Positions 50,421 to 64,000 of a DNA stretch of 64,000 nucleotides are shown here, one piece after another. Origin of the DNA: Podarcis melisellensis (lineage: Eukaryota); NCBI GenBank assembly GCA_964234715.1, contig OZ174289.1; one strand, written 5' to 3'. Both the position numbers and the translations under genes were made by a program. The notes below the pieces were generated by a model. The model saw nothing but the letters and a program-made list of their open reading frames with translations, ran no database searches and was not told where the DNA came from. Position 1 is the stretch's first letter, and the number at the start of each line of letters is the position of its first letter.

Positions 50421-50589
50421 TATGTGATTCCTGGACAGAAAGCTGATTCTACTTGCCTTTTTACACTGATAAACTATCATGCACCAGGGTGAAGGCTTCA
50501 AATATTTAGTAATTACAACTCTAGACATTATGGGGCACAGGATCTTTTAGGGAGATCTCCTCCCCCCCCCCACAAAAAAAGAAATATAA

Positions 50590-50760
50590 CAATACATTTG
50601 GAGCACTATGATATTACTTTGAATAGTGATGGCTTCCCCTAAGATGCCTGGGAGCTGTAGTTTTCTAAGGGTGCTGAGTTTTATTAGGAGACTCCTGTTT
50701 GTCTCCCAGAGCTCTGATTCTCAGAGTAGTTTAACAATCAATTCCTCACAAGGAACACTT
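50590..50760. mobile_element. Palindromic MITE family fragment with an uninterrupted centre
   Basis: gcactatga..atggcttcccc..gggagctgtagtt..aagggtgctgag..taggagac. Confidence 0.6.
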
Positions 50761-53028
50761 GGACCAATAGTCTGACTCAATATATGGCAGTTTCCTTTGT
50801 TCTATTCACAATGACCAGGGATTAGAAACTGTTGTTCAGTTAGGTAATTTTAGACTGGACTTCATTGTCCCACCGTCTTCAGACAAAAATGTATGCATTT
50901 CTTAACTTTTTCCAAAGTATGACTAATCAACCCTACTCCATTGGTGAGTACTCCTGCTCATTTTGTGGACTTCTGACCTGAAGTTCTGTCCCAACAACAC
51001 AGGAGCTGAAAAGATAATAATGTCCGCTTGATGTGCAATGGGAGAGAGTTTCAAAGCATAGATATTTTCACATTAAAGGCTTGATTCATACACTGCATGG
51101 AATGCTCCTCCTGATGAGATGGTTTCTGCTGGAGGTCCTCTCTCCTACCAGAGTGCAGTAATTGGTTGGGTACGTACATGAGAGGTAGGTTAATATTTAA
51201 TCCAAGCTTTACAGGAGTTTGGGTATCAGTGCCAGCACTTTTAACTTAGCCTGGTAGCTAATTGGCAGCCAGTTGTGGTGCAAATAAAATTCACCTTGGA
51301 GATCCATGCCCAAGAGTCTACTTCCAAATTCCAAACCTCTTTTTGAATTAGAATACAAAGTTGTTCCCCACCCTGATATCCAGCTACTTTATCCTTGACT
51401 GAAAGGGGAAAGGGATGGAGGCGTTTGTCTTTCTGGTCCTAGCATGTGCAGAACACCATTAATAATTCCCACAAGAATGCATTATGAATTGAACGGGGAG
51501 GGGGAACTGCTTGGATTGTTAAAACAAAAAAGAACAATGAAACATATATGATCTTTCAACACTCAGCTATAAACGGCACATGAATTATTTGAATGAATGG
51601 AACAAAAGGTGATTTACTAGAATGTTTCATGGTGCTCTCAGCCCTTAAAAGCTTTGCAAAGTAGATTAGGTTATTAGAAAGAAGAATCCCCCTTTTCTTC
51701 CATCCGTACCCTCAAGTCTTCCTTTTGGCTCCTGTGTGCTTCAATTGATCTTAATATATTTTAATCAAGGGGAACTGTGTGCCAGCTCTGTAGCATATAA
51801 TAAAACAAGCCAGAGTGATCTGCTAATAAGCACCACACAGGGAAAGGAACAAATATGAATTATGCTGTCCAAAATAAACAGGTGCTTTAATTGGAATACT
51901 TTTTGCTTCATCCACCAATGCTCACAGGAAACCTACTCTCATAATCACAGTTGTGTTTTTTTGGAGAAGGAAAACAACGACACATAACTTAATTTCACAG
52001 TGTCAGAGAAAGCACTGAGATTTTGAAATAAAGCTTTAACTTCCCCCGTGCATTGGACTTGGGTTCCAGTCTAGCTCACCCATATGGCATCCTGAGCTAT
52101 CTTGGATTACCCAGGATAGAAGGAAGCACACTCTGGCTTCTACCATTGGCCAGGAAATCTAGGCCATTGCACTGTCTGCCTCTAAGGCGAAATTACACCA
52201 ATTCTCCTAATCACCCAGGGAACCTATGGTGGAGGGTGTGTAAGAAATAAAATAAATAATGATAATGATCTACTATATATATTGAAAATGGTTTATCCAT
52301 TTCTTCTCCATGGGTTCAGATATCTCTTGATATATCATTGTGAAATTCAGCATGAGGGTTTGCAGGGTGGAGGCATTGCCCAACTTGGCATTTGGTTCCT
52401 GAGAGGGAGACAGCAATATTCATCTATGTTTTAAGGCTGGACACCATTTTGAATTAAGATGGTGGACCAAAATGTGGCTTCAGTGTAGCATCAACAGTCC
52501 AAACTGCAACTGATTTGTTTGCCTCTGAAGTTATTGTTACCCAGTTTGATGCGATTTCAGTGAGTTTGGCATGGCAGTTCCAATCAGTGCCAACTTGGAT
52601 GGCTCTGAAGATACTGCTATCATCACCCAAACTGAGTTACTGAAGTGGAGGTGGCAATCTTCATTTGGACACCAGACACCATATTGAATCAGGATGGTGT
52701 ACCAATTAAAACATAATTGGACACACCCACCCAATAAATTCAGATCTGGGTCCATTGTTCTCCAAGTCAGGTCAGAGCCCTAAGTTAGTGTGTGCATGTG
52801 TGTGAGAGAGAAGAGCCCTAAAACTCACAAGTCACACTAGCCGTATAAACCTCACATTTCTTATTATTCTTTGAATTGCTTGGTAGATCTGGGCAGTTCC
52901 CACTAGTCTGGTATATATTTTGGAGTTTGTTTGCTTATTTCTTATGGATTTTGGGCACCTCTTAAGGTATCATAACAAGATTTTGCATGTTAATTCCAAA
53001 GATCAAGAAACAGGTTTTTATTTATAGT

Positions 53029-53334
53029 GGGATGCGGGTGGTGGAAGGTAGGCGGTTTGAGACCCCATGACGGGGTGAGCTCCCATTGTTTGGTCCCAGT
53101 TCCTGCCAACCTAGCAGTTTGAAAGCACACAGTGCAAGTAGATAAATAGGTACTGCTCTGGCAGGAAGGTAAATGGTATTTCTGTGTGCTGCTCTGGCTT
53201 TGCCACATGACCCGGAAAAACTGCAGAAGCAGAAAAACGCTGGCTCCCTTGGCCTGTAAAGCAAGATGAGTGCCACAACCCCAGTGTCATTCACGACTGG
53301 ACTTACCTGTCAGGGGTCCCTTTACCTTTACCTT
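53029..53334 (+). mobile_element. Sauria SINE with internal deletions
   Basis: Head gggatgcgggtggtg, core ctgccaacctagcagtttgaaagcac, tail (tttacc)n. Confidence 0.9.
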
Positions 53335-53723
53335 ACAATTGGCTGGCAGTTTGTACCAAGATGGCAGACTGAACCTTTCAAAACTTCACTTATTTTAATC
53401 ACTGATTTCTAAAGAAACCACTGATCTCTTTGGTTTCTTAGAATGCCTGAGCAGTGCTACCTATGAGCCTGCTTGTAAAAGTAATAGTAGTAGTAGATAC
53501 ATTTATATCCCAGTTTCCTTCAGGGAGCTCAATTTGGCATTCATGGTTCTACTCCGTCTCCATGTTATCCTCACAACAATCCTGTGAAGTAGTTTAGACT
53601 AAGGGGCATTGACTGGCCTTCAGCCAGCTTTGTGGCTGAGTTGCTATTTGAATACTGGTCTCCAGGTCTTAGCCCAACATACTATACCACTTATGCATTG
53701 CTGGATGCATCCAGAACATCTCT

Positions 53724-53845
53724 TGGTTGGTTAGAGCATGGTGCTGATAAAGCCAAGGTTGTGGGATTGATCCCCATATAAGACAGCTGTGTATTCCTGC
53801 ATTGCAGGAGGTTGGACTAGATGATCCTTGGGGTCCCTTCCAACT
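53724..53845 (+). mobile_element. tRNA-Ile-derived SINE with CR1 3' tail
   Basis: ttggttagagcatggtgctgataaagccaaggttgtgggattgatcccc resembles vertebrate tRNA-Ile; followed by ggactagatgatcc..ggtcccttccaac..ttctatgattcta (CR1 end). Confidence 0.8.
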
Positions 53846-56800
53846 CTAAGTTCTATGATTCTATTATTCTAAACAGGCAGGGATATAAGGAAATAATGGA
53901 GAGAGGGAGGGAGGGAGGGAGGGAGAGAGAGAGATGGATTTCCTTTTTGCTGTCACTGCAACAAATACCCTTGTCTTAGAAGGACATGCTTCTTTTTGCA
54001 CAGAAGGAAAGCTGTTGTTTCTGGGAAGCCATCTCTTTCTCACATCAGGTGGAAAGAGGCCACAGCCATGTCACACTGCTTGACATTCTGGATAACAGCT
54101 TCTATTAATAAACAGAAAGGCTAATCAAATTGGAGCATCTTGAAATGTGATTTAATTTGCCGGGTTCTAGCCTGTGAGTATTAACCACTTGCAAATTAAA
54201 TTATCCAATAACAAATTGCACCAGGCTCCAACACCATAGCAGTTGAGGTCATCCTTATAGCTAGTTTTCCAAGCAATAAGTTGTTGTAGTGTGTGTGTGT
54301 GGTGCTTTGACTCAAGGGATTTGCCTGCAATCTCTTGGCTCATCATAGGAGCCAAAAGGGAAGTTATTGCCAAGCCTTTGACATTATATTTTCTCTACTG
54401 CAAATTACTGCTCTTTGACAGGACTTGGTCTAGCCCCTTACACTGCTGGGAATTGCAAATGAAAGATTTTACAATTTTGTTCAATTTGTTAGAATTAAAC
54501 TATTGGTTTTGGCAATTTAAATACAGAAGATTAGGGAACGCCAATGCATAGGTCCTGTGCTTTTGATTACAGAAAACCATACAAGCAGTTCTTCTTAACT
54601 CAGATTTAAAATCCATCCTCTTTCCAATTTGATCCTGGTGTGTGTGTGTGTGTGTGTGTATGAAGGAATACAAAAGGAAAGTTTTGAGAACAATTCTGTG
54701 AGCACACAAGGGCTTAGTTATACTAGTTGCTGTACTGACACTTCCAAGATATTTCTCACACAGTATTTAACTGCCAGAGGCAAGAGATACAAAGGTGCCG
54801 TCTCCAACCACCATTACAAATACTAAAGCTGATTAGATTGGCAGTTTTATCTTACTTGAACACTGGAGACAGGACAGTCTTCTTCACCACATCTGAGGAT
54901 AGCAGGTGATGTTAGGTGGTGCAGGTCAAACTGCATGGCATGCTCAAGATTTGACCTTGTACTTCCAACATCTGAGGCAACTACCTCACTCTGCCCAGTG
55001 AATGCCCATTGGGACTGGTTAGGGCTATGTCAATTAACACAAGAGCCTTGGACCTTGCCTGGAGACAGCTGAGCAACATGTTGCCGGTTGTCCTGGTCCT
55101 CACTGCCAGAAGAAAAACTTGAACTCCCAGCTCAGTGTCTGCCAAAGATTTAAATGTGAGTGGTACATAAGAAAAGGATGACTACATGATGCTCAAAGGG
55201 GAATTAGATACACAATTAAGCACAAGTTAATACATGGACCAATAAGCAGCAAGTCCCCTGAACTTTCCTTTCAATGAACAGGGCAGGCACAGAATTTAGC
55301 CTGGCAAATAGCCAGAGTCCTGAGACTGGGAAAGCAAATGGGAATTCCTCTGGCTGGGATAAACAGCTTGTGAAGAGGTGAAGTCCATGCTGGCTCAGAA
55401 TCCAGTTTGCTATCAATAGGCTCCTTCTCTCAAAGAGGTACATCAAAAATAGCGGGAGGTGCTGGAAGCAGCTCTATGGCAGGGGGGAATCTGACCAAGG
55501 GTGTCTGATGTCACCAAAGCACCCCTCTGCTACTAATCCATCTTATCATCCTTCATGGTCGTTACCCCATCCTTGGATAACACCTCCTTTGACACTTCCC
55601 CCATCCCACTAGGGCCTTACAGATCCAATTCTTATCATTCTGCCTTGGGATGAAACCATCCTATAATACTTCCAGGGGATTTATACTACCAGCAGCCTGC
55701 TCCTCTGAGCTGTCTGGCCACTGCATTCTCCACTAGCTGCATATTCCTGATCAGATACAAGAGCAGACTCATATCATTCCCATCTGGTGTTTTGGCTGAC
55801 TGCCACATCACCATTCAGATGGTTCACTTCCTCTTTCATCCACTTACTGTTTTATCCATCATTTCCCACACCTTCACTCCCACTCATGTACATAGGAATC
55901 TCAAGTTACTCAAAAGAAATTTTATTTCTCCTTGGCTGGCAGCATCTCTTGCCTCTGATCTCTTTTGACAAAGAGAAAATGTTTGAATATTTGTATCCCA
56001 CCCCCCAAGCACCAGAAGAAAACTTTGAAACAAATCCCCTGGTTGTTGTTTTCCTCACTTCTGCTTCTCTCTTTATGCTGCAGTCTAACAGTAATGTTGT
56101 GTCACCAAGTGGCATTTCACATCTCAGTTGTATGACACAGAAACCTGGAGCTATTCCCCTTTCTGGCTTATATGATGGATTGTCTATTTGCAAATGAGCA
56201 CCTGGAGCCAAATCCCAGCCTTGACATTGACTTTGTCCTACCATTGAGAAACTTCGTTCACATTTCAGAAAGAAAGGCAAGGAGGGGGGAAAACTCCTTA
56301 GAAGAAGGAAAAATGTCACTGCGAGACAAAAAGCAGGCCTGCTGTCGCCCCCCGCCCCCGAAGCACTTTTCCTGCCTGTGTGTGTTGGAGTGGTGTCTAT
56401 CATGACTATTGTTTGATGTACTGCAAGAAGCATTTCCTTAGGTCAGTCCTACAAGAAAAGAAAAGAAAGGAATGCAGAATGTATTTATATATTTGCTGTT
56501 TACATTTTCAATTTTTAATTACATTTATAGCTCGTATTATAACGACTTATATGTTTGATTTAAGATTGATGCAGTGCTGTTCCCTTGTACAGCTTCATTC
56601 TACCCTTAATGTGAGTTGGTGGTGTTCTTTATTTGTTTTCCTCCATGCTCTGCTTATAACTTCTCAGAGACATCTGCTTTTGCCATGCTGATCAGGAGCT
56701 GTTACATGGGAACAAAGGATGCTGCCTTATGCCATCAGTCCATCTAGCTCAAAATTAAATCTTAAGAACATTTTTTTAAATGAATTGTTCAACAAGGCAA

Positions 56801-57121
56801 TTTTCATTAAGCGGGTTTGCTTGAGCACCAATCTGAGTGATTAGCAATGACTCCACCCCCCCACCCAAATAACAACTCCCAAGGCTACAAATGTCTCATT
56901 GAAACCACAAATGTGTTGTGTTTTGGAAAAACAACTGTGCACATGTAAAGAATGGAAGCCTTCTCTTGTTCCTTGTAGCTAACTTAAAAAGCAAAAGGAG
57001 GAACAGTCACTTATGGGCTCATTGAAAGCTTTTCCATAGTATGAGAATATGAGAGAATTTACAGGGGCCTCCATGGTTGGATTTCAATGCTTGTATTTTC
57101 AACAGATCAGGTGTTCAATCA

Positions 57122-57124
57122 TTT

Positions 57125-57191
<67 letters not shown>
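57122..57191. repeat. (TTTC)n microsatellite
   Basis: Read directly. Confidence 0.95.
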
Positions 57192-57616
57192 CAAAATTAA
57201 AAACAGATTGCAATCACAGAAATAGGGTGGACTATGAAAACACACATCTCAGGTGTCACTGAAACTTTTATAGTGAAGAAGCCAAATGCATTTCCATTGG
57301 GGCTACCCTCTCCCAGGCTGGTTATGCTGTTCCTTATGCTGGTTATGCTGTTCCTTCAGACCCTTAAATCAACTGTGTGGGCAGAATCTGCATCCAAGAA
57401 TGTACACCTGAAAATCAGAAATGTTCTCGTGAATCACTTGCCTATTCATTTTCTTTACTGCTCTTTGGAGGTGAGTCTGTAAAGCATGGATGCCTCTGTA
57501 CAAGGGCATCCATGCACAGGACTATTTTTATTTTACTTTTATTTTTTTGCCCCAAAATCACATTCCCTCATAGACAACTTTCTGCATTCCACTACTGGGT
57601 GGTCTCATAGGCAAAA

Positions 57617-57859
57617 AGAAGAAGAAGAAGAGTTTGGATTTGATATCACGCTTTATCACTACCCGAAGGAGTCTCAAAGCGGCTCACATTCTCCTTTCCC
57701 TTCCTCCCCCACAACAAACACTCTGTGAGGTGAGTGGGGCTGAGAGACTTCAGAGAAGTGTGACTGGCCCAAGGTCACCCAGCAGCTGCATGTGGAGGAG
57801 CGGGGAATCGAACCGGGTTTCCCAGATTATGAGTCTACCGCTACACCACACTGGCTCCC
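57617..57859 (-). mobile_element. Young tRNA-derived SINE with (TTC)n tail
   Basis: Minus-strand B box ggttcgattcc; same family as 44702. Confidence 0.9.
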
Positions 57860-58339
57860 AAGAGTGTAGTGATGAATTTGACCTTTAGCTTTCTACTGTA
57901 TCTCAGTCTACATTTGAATCACATGAAATCCAGGAGTTTCTATATGCACACATCCTCCATTCAGGCAAGCAAGGGGCATTATCACATATCAAGGCTGCAT
58001 TCCAGCCATGCAAAAGCACTCAATCAGAGTTTGGGAGCTGGATTGCTGAGGGGTGTGGTTTGAACAGCATCCAGGGCCAGACAGAGAGTTGTGGAGGGTC
58101 ATATTAGACCCTTGAGGTTCCCTACCTCTGATCTATGCAGTACAAAGAGCTTGGCATAGGAACTCTGGAATTATTGCTCCTTGCCACCAAAGGAACGAAG
58201 TCAGGTTGAAAATATCAGACCAGTGCAGGAATGTTAGACTGGTATTGATTGTGCTCTCAGGTATTATAGAGAGACAAGGGAGGGAGGAGGGAAGGGCACA
58301 AGCACAGAGTGCCATTGGGCACATGAAACTGGATGTGTA

Positions 58340-58575
58340 GGTATTCACCAGACCTCAAAAAAGATATTGTAAAGCTTGAAATGTTGCAGAGAATGGCAGT
58401 CAAAATGATCAAGGGTGTGAAGCAACTTCCCTAAGAAGAAAAATCATATTTGGGACTGTTTGGTTTAGAAAAGAATGGGGTATAAATTGGGGGGGGGGGG
58501 TAGAGGCAAATAAAATCCACAGTCTGAAAAAGTAGGTGAATGGTGTGCTTTTCTCTCCCCCCTTTTATAATTCTA
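58340..58575 (+). mobile_element. CR1 ORF2 internal fragment
   Basis: SPDLKKDIVKLE..QR.A.KMIKG..LP..FGLEK-type remnant. Confidence 0.7.
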
Positions 58576-58761
58576 GAATTATTGGTTTGTTTATGTTTTC
58601 ATGCATTTTGCATTTTTATCTTTTATATTTATGTTGTGAAGTGCCCTGAGATCTACAGATGAAGTGGTGTACAAATTTAATTAACAACAACAACAACAAC
58701 CTGTCATGTGGTAGCTTGCCAGTCATTAGCTCAGCTCCATCTGCTGTTGGTGTCCCTGTTT

Positions 58762-58946
58762 CATAAGAGCCAACTCCCAGGGGCTGAGGGGTCTTCGCCC
58801 CCATAAAATATTTGAGGGGGCCTGCCTCCCCCAAGTTAATGAGCATTTCCATTTAAATGGTGTCCATGCACTGTATCATCTGATTGATTATGCAGGGCAG
58901 GGCTTACCTGGGCCCCCCACAATATTTTATTCATGTTTCATCCCTG
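58762..58946 (+). mobile_element. hAT MITE (48162 family)
   Basis: Colinear with 48162-48351. Confidence 0.8.
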
Positions 58947-60365
58947 CCTTGTCTATCATCCTACCAGTTTCAACAGGCACCAGCCACTACTATGGGTAAC
59001 ATTGGCCGGTTATCATCTCTCAACCTACCCTCGCTCTTTGTGAAGAGCATGTATGAAGTTCTGAGTTTTCTGAAGCAGAATGAATAACAGATAGAAAATG
59101 TTTATAAGACAAGCTCTTTCTTTCCCCCCGTATTCTTTGTGTTGTCCCTTTCTTCCCAGAGGCTGTGCGCGGATAGTACTAGCAGAAACTCATCCAGCTC
59201 TCCAACACATCAATCTTGATCTGTGGAGTCTGGAGTGACAATTTCCCCTCCCACCAGCAGTTTTGACATATTTGTAAAGAGAAATGGGCATAATGGGTAC
59301 ATTTTAAAATGACACCAGTGCTGATCTTTTAGTCAGTCAACAGAAAGGGTGTCTCATTTGTCCAGTCAGGCTATAAGCCTGTGGGGGTGTCACAACAAGC
59401 TAAACATTATTTCAATTTACACTCCATTTTGCAAAGGGACAGCTGACATTCTTTTTATTCTGCAAAAAGAATGACCTCTGCTACCTGGAAATGTTTTTAA
59501 GAATGATATGGATTGTTTTGTGAGAATGCTGTTTGTTTTTTACATATAAAATCACTCATATTGCAAATATTATATGCATGTGAATGCTGCCTTTCACCTG
59601 AAGATCACAGAGTGGTTAACAAAATAAAAATACAAAGTGTGAATGCATTGACTAGAAAAAAGAAACTCGCTGCTTTTATTTATAAATGTTTCTGTCATTG
59701 CTGTAGTTGTTGGTTGTTGTTTAAAAGTTCTCTTGTGACTCCCCTCTCCCCCACTTTTTCAGTCATATATCAATTGGCATGTTTCTCTATCTGAGTATTA
59801 ACATACATAAAAAATAATAATTTTATTGGTGAGGGACTGGTTAGGTCATTTTCCAGTGTGGTAGCTATAGGTGGGCTTCTGCAAAATCAACCAAGCATGT
59901 TGTGGAGGACTATAGGCCAGCATGCCAAAAGCTACATACACCAAGGGTGGTGAAGGTTGGGTTCATCTTCAACCATTGTTATTCACGTCCCATTTAGTTC
60001 AGTTAATTTAGGGAGTTATGAGGTCAAGGACACTCTCCATGATAAATTGGTTGTGGGTAAGCTTGCTTGTGGGGAGGAGGTGTGGTAGTTAATCTGGGTT
60101 CCAAGTGAGAGGTGGAAATTTGCAACTATGGTGAGAGCATGAATGCAGTTTATGAACATCCAGTGTGACTGATGGGTATTTTGTAATTTTGCTATTGTTG
60201 GTTTGTTGGTTGGTTTGATTGATTTGATTGTATTTTTAGTGTAGCTTGCTTTTGCATTAATATTATGGTCATCATTTTCAGGAGCTTTGGGCCCCAAAGA
60301 GGTATACAATGTCATAGCACACAACACAGCATGAGATACGCTTTCATGGAATGGAGTCAACTTTA

Positions 60366-61133
60366 GCAGATAACACAATTTGGATGGCAGAAAATGAGGA
60401 GGAATTAAAGAACCTCTTAATGAAGGTGAAAGAGGAGAGTGCAAAATACGGTCTGAAGCTCAACATAAAAAAAGCTAAGATCATGGCCACTAGTCCCATC
60501 ACCTCCTGGCAAATAGAAGGGGAAGAAATGGAGGCAGTGAGAGATTTTACTTTCTTGGGCTCCGTGATCACTGCATATAGTGACAGCAGTCACAAAATTA
60601 AAAGACGCCTGCTTTTTGAGAGAAAAGCGATGACAAACCTAGACAGCATCTCAAAAAGCAGAGACATCACCTTGCCAACAAAAGTCCGTATAGTTAAAGC
60701 TATGGTTTTCCCAGTAGTGATGTATGGAAGTGAGAGCCGGACCATAAAGAAGACTGATCGCTGAAGAATTGATGCTTTTGAATTATGGTGCTTGAGGAGT
60801 CCCATGGACTGCAAGAAGATCAAACCTATCCATTCTTAAGGAAATCAGTCCTGAGTGCTCACTGGAAGGACAGATCGTGAAGCTGAGGCTCCAATAATTT
60901 GGCCACCTCATGAGAAGAGAAGACTCCCTGGAAAAGACCTTGGTGTTGGGAAAGATGGAGGGCACAAGGAGAAGAGGACAACAGAGGACGAGATGGTTGG
61001 ACAGTGTTCTCGAAGCTACTAACATGAGTCTGACCAAACTGCAGGAGGCAGTGGAAGACAGAAGTGCCTGGTGTGCTCTGGTCCATGGAGTCACAAAGAG
61101 TTGGACACGACTAAATGAATAAACAACAACAAA
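60366..61133 (+). mobile_element. BovB LINE, 5'-truncated (about 770 bp)
   Basis: ORFs 60351-60764 and 60910-61122 match the BovB RT C-terminus; (CAA)n tail; stop codons present. Confidence 0.97.
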
Positions 61134-62188
61134 GTGTTATGCTAAGCTGACAATGGTGTAAGTATGTAACATTGTGATCACATCACATAGAAATGAAATG
61201 TATAAAATACAATTGCTAAGTACATTAGAGCTTAAATGCATCTAAGTGGCCATTTGCAATGCAGTGTTGGTGCTTTTGCTGTTCCAAATATGCTTATGTT
61301 TTAGTGTGATTACTACAGTCTGTATTTTCCCCACCCCATATCAATTTCTTCTTACTTCACTGCTTCCATTTTGCTGTCTACACCCATGTAGATAATATAT
61401 ATTTCTGTGACTGCTGATCTAAAAATACCTCATGTCTTGGTTCTATCACAAAAAGTGTCTGTATTTATCAAGATGGCTTTAAAGACCTTCCATATTTCCC
61501 CCCTTTAGCAGAAGCATAAATCCACTTGAAGATCACCTGCATAAAACTTTCACTTGATGCCAAATTTCCTTCATGGCCTTCCAAACTAAAATCAATTACC
61601 TACCTTCTCCCCAATCCCTGGTGTAGGAGCTGTATTGATTCATTCACAGAATAAGAGAAATAATATTTCCACTTCTTTGCATTTTCTTGTGCAGCTCCCT
61701 GGACAGACAAGGAAACATTTGTCCCATCTTCCTCTTGTGTTCTTCATGCACAAACCATCTGTCTGACTTGCAGCCCACCACCAACATCATTCCATCCTCC
61801 ATCCTTTGACACCTGCCCTTTCTGTCAGTGCAAGTAACCTTTTCATCAGAAATCAGATTACCTTTCTCTGATTTTTCTGCTCAAACAACTCCTGAACTCT
61901 TAGACCTTTCAGAGGAGAAAATAAACCACCAAAACAATCACTAGCGTGATTAAGGACTGTGGCTTACTACACATCTGTAGTACACAGTATGAAATTTGGA
62001 GGTTAAAAAAAGTTACACTGAAGTATTCCAATTGCACCGCTTCCACTTTAGAAATAAGACCACAATTCCAAAGAAAATACTTGAGTCCACCTAATGAACA
62101 TGGTGGCATTATGATGCTATGTAACTAGTCAGATTTGCCTCTGTGCAGACATCACAAAGGGCAAATATAGTCAACTTGGAGTCTGGTA

Positions 62189-62429
62189 CAGTGGTACCTT
62201 GGGTTACATATGCTTCAGGTTACAGACTCTTCAGGTTACAGACTCCGCAAACCCAGAAATAGTACCTCGGGTTAAGAACTCTGCTTGAGATGAGAACAGA
62301 AATTGTGCTCAGGCGGCGCAACAGCATCAGGAGGCCCCATTAGCTAAAGTGGTGCTTCAGGTTAAGAACAGTTTCAGGTTAAGAACGGACCTCCAGAATG
62401 AATTAAGTTCTTAACGTGAGGTACCACTG
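62189..62429. mobile_element. Tigger/pogo-like MITE
   Basis: TIRs cagtggtacct and aggtaccactg; TA TSD on both sides; internal ttcaggtta subrepeats. Confidence 0.92.
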
Positions 62430-63539
62430 TATTAGTTACTTGGATGATCCTAGAAAATCAGGGATCATTTAATGACTAGGATGGCCCTGTGAAACTACAT
62501 AGCCAATCATATTTGATTAGGAGTTGGCAACACTGGGGAGAAACAAAGTGACTTCTGAGTGAGAGCAATGCATCGCACAGTGGCAAACCCTTTCTGAGGC
62601 GAAACAAAAAGTATGTGAAAGAGATACATTTGTGATGCTACTGAAAATGCAAAGTGAGTACTTTAATTTCAACCCTCAATGGGGAACATTCACAGTTGTT
62701 GAAATGGTTTAAAGGAACTGTTCTGGCAACTGAAACACTCCTTCTAAAGGAGAACCACACCAACCCTGGAGCAATAGATCCACACATGACTAGCTCTAGA
62801 GACTATCCACTTGGCATGCAATAATAAATTGGACACAAGATGTAATCAGCAATCCATTCTGGGAACTTCAGTGTGACTAACTGCACTCCAGAATGACTTT
62901 CTTCCCAGTGCCCTTCAGGGAAGGCTTGCATGGAGTATCTCACACAATTAGAAACTTGGACCGAGTTTCCCTCACTTACGTTTATTCCAATTAAAAAAGG
63001 AGGAGGAAAGCTTTTAGTTTGGTTTCAGATCTAGTCCATAATAACTGTAATACTGAGAGATGCTGTCTGGTAGCTGCAATAAGGAACCCTATGGCTTAGT
63101 GGTAGGTAGGGTAGCCAGGGATAAGCTAGGCTTCCAACCTCTGTAACAGTTGCAGAGTTTTATGTGAAAAAGTGTATTGTGTGGGGGATGCTTTTCTCAA
63201 AATATTAATTTTAATTAAAGCTGGGGTGGGGAGTAAAATGAAGGAATGCTACTTAAATGATTTGTGAATGTTAGACCTATGTTAGGAGCAAGGCTGTCAT
63301 TACTAATTCCAGAGCATCATTTCATTTATTGCAGCTGGAGAAACTACAGGGGGAGAGTGAATGTGATCCTTCCAAGGTCAAACATACATTCCCTTTGGAG
63401 GTGACACAACATAGGAACATTGGAAGGTGCCATATTGGGCTGAGACCCTTGGTCCATCTAGCTCTATACTGTTGACACTGACTGGCAGCAGTTCTATGGT
63501 TAACTTTATTTTAATTTATGTACTCACTCATTCATTCAT

Positions 63540-64000
63540 TTTATATTCAGTCCTTCTTCCCACAGGAGCTCAGCACACACATCAGTAAAGGGTTTCTTTT
63601 CTTTTTTTAACATTCTGAAAACAGTTTAAAACACTTTGGAAACAGTGATCCCAGAGCTGCTTAGAACAGTATCTTTCAGCCATGAAAATGCCTGGGTGAA
63701 CAGGAATGTTTTAAAATTCCTCCTGAGAATCAACAATAAGGGAAAGAGAAGCACCTTACCAAGGAATGGCAAGGAAACAGGGAACTGCAACTGTAAAGGT
63801 TCTGCCACAGGGCAACACCAACTGGGCAGACCTCTATGGTGCCACCACCAACAAAGCCTCACCTGCTGACCACAGAGCCAGAGATAGTTGATATTCAGTA
63901 AGCCAATCTCAAGGTCTGAAGTCATTTAGGGCTTTAGATGCTACCTTGCATTGGGTCCAATAGCTCACTGACAGCCAGGATTCTGCTTGTTCTGATGTCT
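63540..64000 (-). mobile_element. Old L2 3' fragment
   Basis: ORF 63626-63925 ending RRNFKTFLFTQAF (L2 C-terminal LKT.LF..AF motif). Confidence 0.6.

Noticed and set aside
53724-53795. tRNA-Ile gene
   Set aside because: Acceptor stem missing, B box degenerate, fused to a CR1 tail; it is a SINE head.
55906-56433. 175-aa minus-strand ORF
   Set aside because: Non-ATG start, no recognisable domain or exon boundaries; consistent with a chance ORF.
60356-61151. Inverted similarity between the BovB 5' junction and its 3' flank
   Set aside because: Needs gaps over about 20 bp and part of it is BovB sequence; likely chance.

Overview
Vertebrate genomic DNA, almost certainly a squamate and most consistent with a lacertid lizard. 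The inference rests on co-occurring BovB LINEs, Sauria-type SINEs, young L2, squamate CR1 3' ends and RTE/RTE-X LINEs. I recognise no host protein-coding gene: every ORF with a recognisable protein signature comes from a retroelement, so the window is intergenic or deep-intronic. It is dense in nested transposable elements, many with readable TSDs and TIRs, and has a 168-N assembly gap at 16899-17066. The most unusual stretch is about 29.8-33.9 kb. There a palindromic MITE carries four tandem units of MITE core plus telomeric (CCCTAA)n tract, inside a candidate three-exon plus-strand lncRNA, next to a chimeric inverted duplication. At 46.5-47.4 kb a composite hAT element has captured an L2 tail and then received a solo LTR and a second MITE. 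Family names come from recognition of motifs by eye, not database searches. I found no solid evidence of a wholly new biological system; the candidates are ranked in the findings.
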